From Nitrososphaeria archaeon (lineage in GTDB: Archaea > Thermoproteota > Nitrososphaeria > Nitrososphaerales > JAAOZN01), in contig JARVJZ010000002.1 of NCBI GenBank assembly GCA_029775855.1, positions 128,001 through 192,000 on the forward strand: a DNA stretch of 64,000 bases, given 5' to 3'. Numbering within the stretch: position 1 is the first letter of the stretch; each line of letters opens with the position of its first letter. Under the pieces are notes generated by a model. The model was not told the DNA's origin. It did no database searches and saw nothing but the letters and a program-made list of their open reading frames with translations. Both the position numbers and the translations under genes were made by a program. This document shows, piece by piece, positions 9,800-19,570 of this stretch.

Positions 9800-10501
9800 T
9801 TGATACTCAAAGCATTCCCAGCAGATGTGCGCTTTGACGGATGCAGCTTGATCACTGGCTTCCACGGGATAGGTGCTACTGGGTACTGGACGGTAAAGCA
9901 TCTAATCAACATTCTCAAACCTAAGAGGGAGGTTATCTTCGATTCTGATCTCATATCGCCTATATCTTCAACATATATGGGCAGATTGGTCACACCTTAC
10001 GAGGTCTTTCGAAGAGATTTACTCGCCATATTGAAAGTAGAGGCGCCGCCTTATAAGGATTCTGAAGTTGAATTCTTTAGGGCTATCGGAGAATGGGTCA
10101 TACAATCTGGATTTAAAGAAGTAGCCTTAGTTGGCGGGCTTGACTCCAGCCTAAGATACGATAACTCAACCTATCGAATAGCTTACACCTCTAAATATAA
10201 GCCAAAGAACGATTTATTAAAAGCAAAGGTCTTAGAGGATGACCACATAATAGTTGGACCTGTAGCGATTCTTCTAAACTACTTCGAGGCAAGAGACTTC
10301 CCAGCATTCGCCATATTAGCTTATGCCTCTACTGAACGCATGGATCCTAGGGCTACCGCTGAAGCGGTGAAGGTGCTTTCAAGGTATTATGGTTTTGAAG
10401 CTGATGTTTCAACGCTTATTAAGGGTGCTGAGATCATAGAATCCGAATTGCAGAAGGCTCAAACAAAGTCGATTAAGCCTGGAGAATCCATCTACACTTG
10501 A
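9800..10501 (+). CDS. PAC2-family proteasome assembly chaperone
   Basis: ITGFHGIGATG, VGGLD, IVGPVAILL, DPRATA. Confidence 0.8.
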   Translation: MILKAFPADVRFDGCSLITGFHGIGATGYWTVKHLINILKPKREVIFDSDLISPISSTYMGRLVTPYEVFRRDLLAILKVEAPPYKDSEVEFFRAIGEWVIQSGFKEVALVGGLDSSLRYDNSTYRIAYTSKYKPKNDLLKAKVLEDDHIIVGPVAILLNYFEARDFPAFAILAYASTERMDPRATAEAVKVLSRYYGFEADVSTLIKGAEIIESELQKAQTKSIKPGESIYT

Positions 10502-12099
10502 GTCTGGCTGCGTAGTATCTGCAGGATTTGTTCAGCAGCTTGGAGCTGCTTTGAGGCGCCTTGCTTACAGTAGTCGAGTAGTTTAAAGTTGAGTCTTCGC
10601 GATAGAGCATACAGTTTTGAGTGTAGATGCTTGTTTAGGCAAACGGCTATGAGCTGCTTATATCTGCCGAGCTTGAGTATTCTTTTAAGGTCTCTTTCAA
10701 GACTCTTGGTTGATAGATTTGTTGTTAAGCTGCTTGAGTAGAGTGTCTGTGAAAGTGGGTAGATTTCTGAGATCTCCGCAGGAATCAACCTATAGGGTGG
10801 AGATAGAAAGAGAAGCTGATAGTCTTTAAAGCCTTCTTTTAGCAGATGCTTACAGAAGGGTGTTGCCAACCACCGCTCTTCGCTTGTTATGGAAGCCAGT
10901 ATCAGAAGCCTTCTTTCCTCGAACTTGAAGCTTTTCTTGATCTTTGCGTATGCTCTGGAGACCTCGGGCCTCCTTAAATCTTCTTTTGAATATAAGTTTA
11001 CTGCTTTAGGTTTGAATAGAGGTGTGCCATCTTCAAGAATCTTACTGTGGCGAGTCATCTCTTCAAATGCTGACCAGAGCTTTGGGTGGCTTCTACACTT
11101 AAGGGCAACAGCATCCCAGAGCCTTCCTTCAAATATAGCTTGTTTAATCCGCTTAACTTCTGATTGCAGGAGGTAGAGGTTGTGTGTGGCTAGCAACTTA
11201 ATGCGCTCTGCTTTATCTGACGATTTGATCTCGGCTAATGTGTACTGTGTGCAAATTGGGCAAGGGCAAGCTAGTTCGATTAGCTCATCAAGTCTGATGG
11301 TTCCATGCGGTGTGAGGTAGCGATCATCTTTAGCATATAGGATGTATGAGGCTGAGTCAAATAGATCGCATCCTAAAGCGACTGCTATAGGCATGGTTAA
11401 AGGATGCCCAGCGCCGAATAGATGGAGAGGTTTGTTGAGTGGTGTGTTCGTCTTAGCCGCTATGATCATCTTAACTAGATGTTGGAAGTTGTAGGATTTC
11501 ATAACCTCCGTTGGGCTGCCTAGAGCGTGTATGTCAAATGGTAGGGTTGAGGTCTTTCTGGCACTTTCAGCGACGAGGTCTGTGAATAACCCGCCTTGAA
11601 TAGGCCCAACCCAAAGCAAATCTTGCCTCTTCCTTACAGCTATGGTTTCCTCCGCTGCTTTCAGCGTTTCTTTGACTGTTTGCTCTGCGAATGCTCTGTT
11701 TCTACTGAATCCTGTTGGGCGGTCGAGGACTATGGCTATATCTGTACCTATGCTCTCCTCGAAGCTAGCCATCTCTGCTGGGGCTATATCCACATCGCCG
11801 TATTCGAGCATCTGGTAGCCGCCTGAGTCGGTCATAATTACGCCGTCAAAACCTATGATGGAGTGTATACCTCTTTTCTGAGCAGCCTCTCCGAGACGCT
11901 TAAAGGTTATGTAGGCGTTGGTCATAATAGCTTTAAAACCAATCTTCTTGATTATATCTACATCAAGCTCTTGATTTAGCGGATGTACTACTGGAAGAAG
12001 CGCGGGCGTCTCCAAAGAGCCACTTTTGGTGTAGAGCCTACCTACTCTACCTAAGAGATCCGTTGCCTTTACCTCAAAGCAGCCTCTTCCCCTATCCAA
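10492..12099 (-). CDS. tgtA: Archaeosine tRNA-guanine(15) transglycosylase (no C-terminal PUA domain)
   Basis: ETPALLPV, TDSGGYQ, HLFGAGHP, GCDLFDSASY, Zn site CPCPIC...HNL, YPLSQ. Confidence 0.92.
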   Translation of the reverse strand: MDRGRGCFEVKATDLLGRVGRLYTKSGSLETPALLPVVHPLNQELDVDIIKKIGFKAIMTNAYITFKRLGEAAQKRGIHSIIGFDGVIMTDSGGYQMLEYGDVDIAPAEMASFEESIGTDIAIVLDRPTGFSRNRAFAEQTVKETLKAAEETIAVRKRQDLLWVGPIQGGLFTDLVAESARKTSTLPFDIHALGSPTEVMKSYNFQHLVKMIIAAKTNTPLNKPLHLFGAGHPLTMPIAVALGCDLFDSASYILYAKDDRYLTPHGTIRLDELIELACPCPICTQYTLAEIKSSDKAERIKLLATHNLYLLQSEVKRIKQAIFEGRLWDAVALKCRSHPKLWSAFEEMTRHSKILEDGTPLFKPKAVNLYSKEDLRRPEVSRAYAKIKKSFKFEERRLLILASITSEERWLATPFCKHLLKEGFKDYQLLFLSPPYRLIPAEISEIYPLSQTLYSSSLTTNLSTKSLERDLKRILKLGRYKQLIAVCLNKHLHSKLYALSRRLNFKLLDYCKQGASKQLQAAEQILQILRSQTQV

Positions 12100-12127
12100 C
12101 GGTAGTCAGCAGCTTCTCAAAGTTAGA

Positions 12128-12586
12128 TTAGGGTTGTGTCTGCTTTACTTCTTTTATGAACTGCTCATAGACGGTCTTGACCTTCTCAGCCGCTAAGCCG
12201 GTGCCCTCTACACCTTCAGGTGTGACCTTGATCTTCTCCATAACTATGATGGCTCCTATGTCTTCTCTTAGCTTAACCATACCTGGGAAGACTTTGCTCA
12301 GCCTATCGGCGAGGGCCTTTAAGTCGAAGGGCTTCTCAATTAAGCTGAGTTCTTGAACAAACTTACCGTTTATAACCACTTTAAAGACTTTATCACCTAC
12401 CCCACTAACGTTATTGAGTACTATGTTCAGGTTTTCGTCAATGCCTACCAAGTCTCCTTCATAGGTTTTATTGTATGTTGTTGAAACAGCAACCCGCTTA
12501 CCTATTAGTAGAATAAGCTCTTCAGCAAAGCGTCTAAATGTTGTTGCAGCCAGATCTATACTCACCACTTCTACTATGCTCAGCAT
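12128..12586 (-). CDS. Lsm/Sm-like RNA-binding protein with C-terminal domain (SmAP3 type)
   Basis: YEGDLVGIDENLNIVL Sm1 motif plus FDLKALADRLSKVFPGMVK C-domain; true start may be the internal GTG (MSIDL). Confidence 0.85.
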   Translation of the reverse strand: MLSIVEVVSIDLAATTFRRFAEELILLIGKRVAVSTTYNKTYEGDLVGIDENLNIVLNNVSGVGDKVFKVVINGKFVQELSLIEKPFDLKALADRLSKVFPGMVKLREDIGAIIVMEKIKVTPEGVEGTGLAAEKVKTVYEQFIKEVKQTQP

Positions 12587-12610
12587 ACTATTTGAAAATA
12601 TTGGCTCTAA

Positions 12611-13597
12611 CTATTGTAGGTCTGGAGCAAGGTGGCACTCCACATAATGCTCCTTCAGAACCTCTCTAAACTCAGGCACCACATTCACGCATACATCTTT
12701 AGCGTATCTACACCTCGGATGAAACCTACAACCAGTAGGTGGATTTATGGGAGAAGGCACCTCGCCTTTTAAGATCAACCTATCTTGCCTCAACTCAGGG
12801 TCAGGCACAGGAACAGAAGAAAGCAAGGCTTGAGTATATGGATGAAGAGGCTTAGAGAAGAGCTCATTCTTTTCAGCTAATTCAACGATTCGACCAAGAT
12901 ACATCACGGCAACCCTATCTGAGATATGCTTTATCACACTAAGGTCGTGCGCTATAAATAGGTAAGTGAGCTTAAACTTCTCCTGCAGATCAACCATTAG
13001 ATTCAGAATCTGCGCTCTGATGCTCACATCTAGCGCCGAAATAGGCTCATCAGCAACTATAAACTCTGGGTTAACTGCGAGAGCTCTAGCTATACCTATT
13101 CTTTGCCTCTGCCCCCCAGAGAATTCATGTGGGTAGCGGTCAGCATGCTCCGCAGCTAAACCTACCGTTTCAAGAAGACCTTTTATGCGCTCCTTTTGCT
13201 CTTGCTTAGAGTGGACAAGCCTATGCACTTTGAAGGCTTCTCCAATTATGCCGCTTACGGTCAACCTAGGGTTTAGCGAAGCATAAGGGTCTTGGAAGAT
13301 TATCTGCATCCTCCTCCTATATGGTCTAAACTCTTTATCAGGTATCTTGGTTATATCTACTCCATCAAATTTTATGATACCTTTAGTTGGTTTAAGAAGC
13401 TTAATAATTAATCGACCCAATGTGGATTTGCCGCAGCCTGATTCGCCCACAAGACCTAAAGTTTCGCCCTTGAAAACTTTTATGCTCACACCATCAACAG
13501 CTTTAACCGCACCCTTTACTCTCTTAAATAACCCAGACGAAAGTGGGAAATGCTTAACCAGATCGACTGTTTCCACTAATATTTCTCTACTTTGCAT
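12611..13597 (-). CDS. Oligopeptide/dipeptide ABC transporter ATPase (OppF/DppF)
   Basis: GESGCGKST, IFQDPYASLNP, FSGGQRQR, HPYT, GCRFHPRC. Confidence 0.92.
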   Translation of the reverse strand: MQSREILVETVDLVKHFPLSSGLFKRVKGAVKAVDGVSIKVFKGETLGLVGESGCGKSTLGRLIIKLLKPTKGIIKFDGVDITKIPDKEFRPYRRRMQIIFQDPYASLNPRLTVSGIIGEAFKVHRLVHSKQEQKERIKGLLETVGLAAEHADRYPHEFSGGQRQRIGIARALAVNPEFIVADEPISALDVSIRAQILNLMVDLQEKFKLTYLFIAHDLSVIKHISDRVAVMYLGRIVELAEKNELFSKPLHPYTQALLSSVPVPDPELRQDRLILKGEVPSPINPPTGCRFHPRCRYAKDVCVNVVPEFREVLKEHYVECHLAPDLQ

Positions 13598-14586
13598 TCT
13601 AGATCACTATAGAGGAAACATCGAGCATATTGTCTTGATCCTACATTATAGAAAGGCGGTACTTCAACCCTACATCGATCAAAAGCCTTTTCGCATCTTG
13701 GATGAAAGCGGCACCCAGCCGGTATATTTATCATATCTGGCACAACCCCTTCAATAGAATAAAGCTTCTTGCCTAAGCCTACATTCAAACCAGGCAGTGA
13801 TCTAAGTAAACCACTTGTATATGGATGCGCTGGATTCTTAAATAGGCTGTACACATCAGCATACTCCACTATCTGACCAGCATACATCACAGCAACTCTA
13901 TCACACATCTCCGCAATCACACCTAGATCGTGTGTGATTAAGAGTATGCTTGTACCAATCTTAGCACGGAGATCCCTCATTAGCTCAAGAACTTGGGCTT
14001 GAATCGTGACATCTAACGCGGTGGTTGGCTCATCAGCTATCAGTAGCTTGGGGTTGCAAGCTATAGCCATCGCTATCATAATCCTCTGCCTCATCCCACC
14101 TGAAAACTCGTGAGGAAAATCTTTCATCCTCTTTTCAGGAGAAGGAATACCAACAAGCCTTAGCAACTCAAGAACACGCTGACTGACTTCACTTCTAAGC
14201 ATCTTCTTATGCGCCAAAATTGCCTCAGAGATTTGAAAACCCACATTATAAACCGGGTTAAGAGAGGTCATAGGGTCTTGAAATATCATAGAGATCTCAT
14301 TCCCACGAATCTCGCGTATCTCTGACTCACTAACTTTAACAAGGTCTTTGCCGTTGAAGAGGATTTCCCCTTGGACTATCTTAGCAAAACGTGGTAGAAG
14401 GCGTAGAATAGAAAGCGCGGTCATAGTCTTACCTGAGCCTGACTCACCGACCAACCCTAGCGTTTCACCTTGCTTGATAGAGAAACTCACATCATCCACA
14501 GCTCTAATAGGCTTAGGCTTTGTGAGGAAGTAGGTCTTTAGGTCTTTAACTACCAGAAGGGCTGAAGATTCCTTCAAATTAGACAC
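13576..14586 (-). CDS. Oligopeptide/dipeptide ABC transporter ATPase (OppD/DppD)
   Basis: GESGSGKT, IFQDPMTSLNP, FSGGMRQR, ADEPTTALDVTIQAQ. Confidence 0.92.
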   Translation of the reverse strand: MSNLKESSALLVVKDLKTYFLTKPKPIRAVDDVSFSIKQGETLGLVGESGSGKTMTALSILRLLPRFAKIVQGEILFNGKDLVKVSESEIREIRGNEISMIFQDPMTSLNPVYNVGFQISEAILAHKKMLRSEVSQRVLELLRLVGIPSPEKRMKDFPHEFSGGMRQRIMIAMAIACNPKLLIADEPTTALDVTIQAQVLELMRDLRAKIGTSILLITHDLGVIAEMCDRVAVMYAGQIVEYADVYSLFKNPAHPYTSGLLRSLPGLNVGLGKKLYSIEGVVPDMINIPAGCRFHPRCEKAFDRCRVEVPPFYNVGSRQYARCFLYSDLECKVEKY

Positions 14587-14759
14587 CTAATTAACTGAGA
14601 CACTTTTATATGCACCGATGTCTCAACTCGTCCTATCTAGGGTATGATATAAGGCTTTTAAATTTATACCGGCAGCAATTAACTGCTTTTATCATTGGTT
14701 GTTAATACTTTTTATTAATTAGAAGTCTAAAGGTTTATATATATAAATATTTAGAATAT

Positions 14760-16478
14760 ATGCTGACTACAGATATGACTAGTACAGATTCTGAAAAATC
14801 AGATAGAAGATCCTTCCTTAAGATCGTTGGAGGCACGCTTGTAGGATTAGTTGTAGGTTCTGCTGCCGGCTACTACCTTAGATCACCTGAGATCCGTGAG
14901 GTCATCAGAACAGTGACGCAAACGGAAGCAGCGCGGACAGTAACCCAAACAATTACTGCACCGGCAACCACAATCACACAGACCAGAACTATAACCCAAA
15001 CAGCAACGGTAACAGTGACACAGACCGCTACTCCAGTAGCCAGACCTAGGCTCACTATAGCTCAGGGTGTTGACCCTACTACAATGGACCCTGATATGCA
15101 GAGCGAGACCCCTACGTTTGTTGTGCTCTTTCACATATACGACAGCTTTCTGCAAGTCGATAGAGAAGGTAAGCTTGTACCAGTGTTAGCAACTTCTTGG
15201 ACATATCAAGATCCTAGAACCTTAGATCTTGAGCTGAGGCGTGGTGTAAAGTTCAGCAACGGCGAAGAATTCAATGCTGAGGTCGCTGCATTCAACCTGC
15301 GTAGAATGACTACACCACCACTTATTCCAGACGCTAAGCCCACAGTCTTGGCACGAGACTATCTAACGGTGCAAGACGTTGAAGTATTGGATAACTATAG
15401 GATAAGGATAAAGATGAAGCAGTCTGATCCGCTTCTCCTACGCATCCTTAGAAACAAGCTTGTAATACCGAAGAAGTATGTGGAGGAGAATGGTTTTGAT
15501 ATACTTGCAACGAAACCCGTAGGTACTGGACCCTATACTCTAAAGGAGTGGATAAAGGGAGACCACCTTACTCTAGTTAAGAGACCTGATTATTGGCAAG
15601 GACCAGCAGCGGTAGATGAGGTGGTTTTTAGACCCATACCTGAGGCGGCAACTAGGGTTGCGGAGCTGAGAGTTGGGAATGTGGATATTATAACTAATGT
15701 TCCTCCAGATCAAGCTGGTGCGCTTGATGCTGAGCCTAATATCGATGTGAGGACTGTTCCCAGTGTTAGAGTTGCTTTTGTGATGATGAATACTGAGACC
15801 AATGAGAAGCTTAGAGATCCTAGGGTTAGGCAGGCTTTGAACTATGCGGTTGATGTGAACTCTATTATCCAGCATATCTTCCAAGGCTATGCTAAACGGG
15901 TTTCAACACTTTGCCCATCATTCTTCGCTCCCTATGATCCAAACAATAAGTTCTATGAGTATAATCCGGCTAAAGCTAAGCAGCTCCTTGCAGATGCTGG
16001 CTACAAGGATGGGTTTGAGATAGATATGGAGGTGGCTAGGGGTAGGTGGCTTGGAGCTGAAGCTGCTGCTGAAGCCATAGCGGGTATGCTGAACGCTGTA
16101 GGCATCAAGACCACACTCTACACACCTGAATTTGGTGTTTGGGCTAAAGGAACGCAAGAGCATAAAATCAGAAGCTTGGCTTACGCTGCTTGGGGTAACA
16201 ACACCTTTAATGTGCTTCAATCGATTAATGCTCTGCTACACAGCAACAGACCATTCTCATGGTATAGCAACAGTAAGTTAGATGCTCTCATAGATCAAGC
16301 ATTCGACACACCGGATCCGGAAAAGCATAATGCCATCCTTAGAGAGGCTCTTGACTTGATATTTGAGGAGGCACCCTATATCTTCCTATATCAGCACGTT
16401 GACATCTACGGTGTGAACTCTAAGGTCAGTTGGCAGCCTAGACCCGATGAACTTATACTCGCGTACGAAGCAAGGTAG
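14760..16478 (+). CDS. Family-5 (peptide/nickel) ABC substrate-binding protein with twin-arginine signal and Thr-rich linker
   Basis: DRRSFLK Tat motif + hydrophobic anchor, TVTQT-rich linker, PVGTGPY, VRQALNYAVD. Confidence 0.9.
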   Translation: MLTTDMTSTDSEKSDRRSFLKIVGGTLVGLVVGSAAGYYLRSPEIREVIRTVTQTEAARTVTQTITAPATTITQTRTITQTATVTVTQTATPVARPRLTIAQGVDPTTMDPDMQSETPTFVVLFHIYDSFLQVDREGKLVPVLATSWTYQDPRTLDLELRRGVKFSNGEEFNAEVAAFNLRRMTTPPLIPDAKPTVLARDYLTVQDVEVLDNYRIRIKMKQSDPLLLRILRNKLVIPKKYVEENGFDILATKPVGTGPYTLKEWIKGDHLTLVKRPDYWQGPAAVDEVVFRPIPEAATRVAELRVGNVDIITNVPPDQAGALDAEPNIDVRTVPSVRVAFVMMNTETNEKLRDPRVRQALNYAVDVNSIIQHIFQGYAKRVSTLCPSFFAPYDPNNKFYEYNPAKAKQLLADAGYKDGFEIDMEVARGRWLGAEAAAEAIAGMLNAVGIKTTLYTPEFGVWAKGTQEHKIRSLAYAAWGNNTFNVLQSINALLHSNRPFSWYSNSKLDALIDQAFDTPDPEKHNAILREALDLIFEEAPYIFLYQHVDIYGVNSKVSWQPRPDELILAYEAR

Positions 16479-16522
16479 AAGCGCCTTAGTTTAAGCGGAT
16501 GTGTTGAGGCGTGTTCTGAGCG

Positions 16523-17455
16523 TTGGCTAGAGCTAATATTGGACGCTACTTGGTTAAACGGCTGCTCTCAGCGTTAATAGTCGTAATTGGCGTGACCGCG
16601 GTTATCTTCGTAGTTTCAAGGCTGTCTGGAGACCCTGTCGATCTTATGCTTGGGTTAGAGGCTACTCCTGAGTCGAGAGCTGCGCTTAGACACGCATTAG
16701 GCTTAGATCAACCACTTCATATCCAATATTTCATCTTCTTATCCAACGCTATAAGAGGAGACTTCGGCGTGTCGATAAGGAATAATGTTCCCGCTATGCA
16801 GCTCGTTTTGGAGAGACTTCCGAACACAATCTTGCTCACATTGGTCACTGTTCTTTTGGCTGTGGCGGTAGCTATACCGATAGGTATCGTCTCTGCGCTC
16901 AAGCATAACACCATCTTCGACTACTTAGGCATGACTTTCACGTTTGTTGGGCAGTCGATACCGAGCTTCTGGCTCGGTATTCTGCTCATACTTTTTTTGG
17001 GTGTGCAGCTTCGCTTGCTTCCGATATCCGGTATAGGTACGCCTGCGCATCTAGTTATGCCCGCTATTACGTTGAGTTCTTTTCTTCTCGCTTCGCTAGC
17101 TAGGCTTACCCGTTCAAGTATGCTTGAGACTTTAAATAGAGACTATATTAGAACAGCGAAGGCTAAGGGGTTAAAGTACAGTAGGGTTATTATACGCCAC
17201 GCCCTTAGAACAGCGCTTATACCCGTTGTTACTGTGCTGGGCCTACAGATTGCAGCTTTAATGGGTGGTGCTGTGATAACTGAGCAGATATTCGCTTACC
17301 CGGGTGTAGGTTGGCTCGCTATAACCGCGATCTACGCTAGAGACTTCCCTGTGGTTCAGGCGGTTGTCTTTGTGGTTTCCGTTATTGTTGTTCTGGCTAA
17401 TCTTGTAGTCGATATTGTTTACACATATCTTGACCCTAGGATAGGGTATGAGTGA
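16523..17455 (+). CDS. Peptide ABC transporter permease (DppB/OppB)
   Basis: GDPV, GDFGVS, PSFWLG, DYIRTAKAKGL EAA loop, RDFPVVQ. Confidence 0.92.
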   Translation: MARANIGRYLVKRLLSALIVVIGVTAVIFVVSRLSGDPVDLMLGLEATPESRAALRHALGLDQPLHIQYFIFLSNAIRGDFGVSIRNNVPAMQLVLERLPNTILLTLVTVLLAVAVAIPIGIVSALKHNTIFDYLGMTFTFVGQSIPSFWLGILLILFLGVQLRLLPISGIGTPAHLVMPAITLSSFLLASLARLTRSSMLETLNRDYIRTAKAKGLKYSRVIIRHALRTALIPVVTVLGLQIAALMGGAVITEQIFAYPGVGWLAITAIYARDFPVVQAVVFVVSVIVVLANLVVDIVYTYLDPRIGYE

Positions 17456-18321
17456 TAATGCCTAGCGCACTTTTAGTTAGTATGCGGAGGACTCCTCTTT
17501 TCGTAATTGGAGCTGCTATTCTTGGAGTTATAATCTTGGCTTCGCTGTTTGCTCCTTGGCTAGCTCAAAGGGACCCTCTTCACCAGAGCCTTGCTGATAG
17601 GTTAAAGCCTCCTGTTTTTGTTGATGGTGCTTCTGAGTATTTGTTTGGTTCTGACCATCTTGGAAGAGATATCTTTAGCAGAATCCTCTATGGTATTAGG
17701 GTTTCACTGATTCTTGGTGTGTTGGCTGTCTTTATATCTGGGTTGATAGGCGTATCTTTAGGGTTGATATCTGGTTATTATGGCGGAGTGTTAGATCACA
17801 TTATTATGCGTGTTACTGATATTATGCTCTCCATACCAGTTATTCTACTTGCGATAGCCGTTATAGCAGTTTTAGGCGTTGGCTTCACTAATCTTGTTTT
17901 GGTTATAGGTTTTACTCAGTGGATGGTCTACGCTAGAACCGTTAGAGGAGAAACGCTTTCACTAAAGGAGAAGGAGTTTGTAGAAGCTGCACGCGCATTA
18001 GGGGTTGGTGATCTCGGCATACTCTTTAGATGCATCTTCTTAAATGCTCTGCCGACAATAATCGTCGTCGCTACTTTGAATGTAGCTACAGTTATAGTGC
18101 TTGAAGCTGGGCTGAGCTTTCTAGGGTTAGGAATTCAGCCCCCTACACCTTCGCTCGGCTACATGCTTGCTGAGGGAAGGCTCTACTTGGAGAAAGCTTG
18201 GTGGTATGCCACTTTACCTGGACTTGTGCTTATGTTGATTGTGTTGGCGATAAACATGATGGGAGACGGGCTCAGAGATATCTTAGATCCTTATAGGAGA
18301 CAGGTCTACGCCAGAACATAA
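17452..18321 (+). CDS. Peptide ABC transporter permease (DppC/OppC)
   Basis: FGSDHLGRD, EFVEAARALG, EAGLSFLGLG, GDGLRDILDP. Confidence 0.92.
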   Translation: MIMPSALLVSMRRTPLFVIGAAILGVIILASLFAPWLAQRDPLHQSLADRLKPPVFVDGASEYLFGSDHLGRDIFSRILYGIRVSLILGVLAVFISGLIGVSLGLISGYYGGVLDHIIMRVTDIMLSIPVILLAIAVIAVLGVGFTNLVLVIGFTQWMVYARTVRGETLSLKEKEFVEAARALGVGDLGILFRCIFLNALPTIIVVATLNVATVIVLEAGLSFLGLGIQPPTPSLGYMLAEGRLYLEKAWWYATLPGLVLMLIVLAINMMGDGLRDILDPYRRQVYART

Positions 18322-18329
18322 CCCAAATA

Positions 18330-18582
18330 CCTCCATAACTCCATACGGCGTGATAAACGCTTCTCGATAAACCAGACGGGCTTCTTAGAAATCACAATAG
18401 AATACGAACCCCAAAAAATGGTTCTACATAGGCTCCACACTCTAATCGCCTGCACCACCTACCTACTTTACGACTGGGCAAAGAAAAAAGCCATCCTAGA
18501 ACGAATAAAGAAAAAATTTAAGCAAAACTATCATCCGCAGAATAAGAAACAATTAAAGAATGACGAAGAGGTTTCTCTGTGA
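18330..18582 (+). pseudogene. Frameshifted 3' remnant of a large membrane protein (YfhO/AftD-like C-terminus)
   Basis: Across shifting frames: PYGVINA / SINQTGFLEITIEYEPQK / FYIGSTL / IACTTYLLYDWAKKK, matching the NGW..I.I.Y.PQ..F..G..IS + TM + basic tail pattern; no 5' part present. Confidence 0.5.
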
Positions 18583-18811
18583 ATCTACTAGCTCACTCTC
18601 ATCTGCGGGCGTTATAGGTTTAGCATTCGCCCTATTCAAAACACTAAAAGCAATACACCTAAACATAAAATGTACTAAACGAATCACCAATACTGCTTCA
18701 AATCTTGCTGTTGTAAATTTTTCGCGCAACAACACAAAAGCGGTATGCATCAGTTTTCGCGCCTGGATAAAGATTAGGTGGTGAGCAAGAAAAGTAAACT
18801 TTGTAATGCTT

Positions 18812-19243
18812 TTAGATAAATCTCCTTTTTAATGGGGTTCTGTCGAAGTCCACGTCGTTTGATATTATTTCTTTTGCCCTACTCTTTAATGCGGAGGCCA
18901 AATGTATCGCGTCTTCATAGTCAAGGCTGTATTCTTTCATCAGTTTAGCTGCCTCAATTAAATCTTCCATTGTTAGAGGCATTATTCTCAAACTGGATAA
19001 GCCCTCTATCGAGTTTACTACCTCTTCGACTAATTCTTGGTTCTTTAGGTTTTTTCCCGTTAAGCCAGCTATTATCACCATTATTTGGTATAACGTTAAA
19101 GCTGATGTTACATATTTCCCTCGCGAAGCCCCTTCAATTTTCCTTACCCATTCATATGAAGTTCTGCCTAGGGTGGGATGGTTGCCAAGCCAATAAACGA
19201 AAACGTTTACGTCTATGTAGCCCTCTGAGTCCTGGTCCACCAT
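18812..19243 (-). CDS. vapC: PIN-domain (VapC-like) toxin
   Basis: YIDVNVFVY, LDYEDAIHLA, IISNDVDFD acidic PIN motifs; likely start ATG 19243, overlapping the antitoxin gene. Confidence 0.85.
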   Translation of the reverse strand: MVDQDSEGYIDVNVFVYWLGNHPTLGRTSYEWVRKIEGASRGKYVTSALTLYQIMVIIAGLTGKNLKNQELVEEVVNSIEGLSSLRIMPLTMEDLIEAAKLMKEYSLDYEDAIHLASALKSRAKEIISNDVDFDRTPLKRRFI

Positions 19244-19464
19244 TTTCTCATGACCTCTGTTACAAATTCGTCGAGGTCTTCCGGCCATTTCGCTATTTTG
19301 AAGGCGCCAAAGTATTCGTCGGCTATAGGCTCAAGAGGCTCTATTATGATGCCCTTCTCGTCCACCCTTATTTTAACGTAGCCCCCCTCCTTCACTCCAG
19401 CCTTTTCTCTCACGCTTTTAGGAATGATAATCCTGCCTTTCTCGTCCACCTTTACGGTTTTCAA
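19213..19464 (-). CDS. AbrB/MazE/SpoVT-family antitoxin
   Basis: VKVDEKGRIIIPKSVREKAGVKEG; directly upstream of the PIN gene. Confidence 0.88.
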   Translation of the reverse strand: MKTVKVDEKGRIIIPKSVREKAGVKEGGYVKIRVDEKGIIIEPLEPIADEYFGAFKIAKWPEDLDEFVTEVMRKWWTRTQRAT

Positions 19465-19570
19465 ACTTATCCCACCAAAAATATGATTCCCACAGATTTA
19501 AATATTCCCGCCACGATGCCAAGGTGGAAGACTTCTATCTATTATCTTAGATTACTGCTTCTATGCAGGT

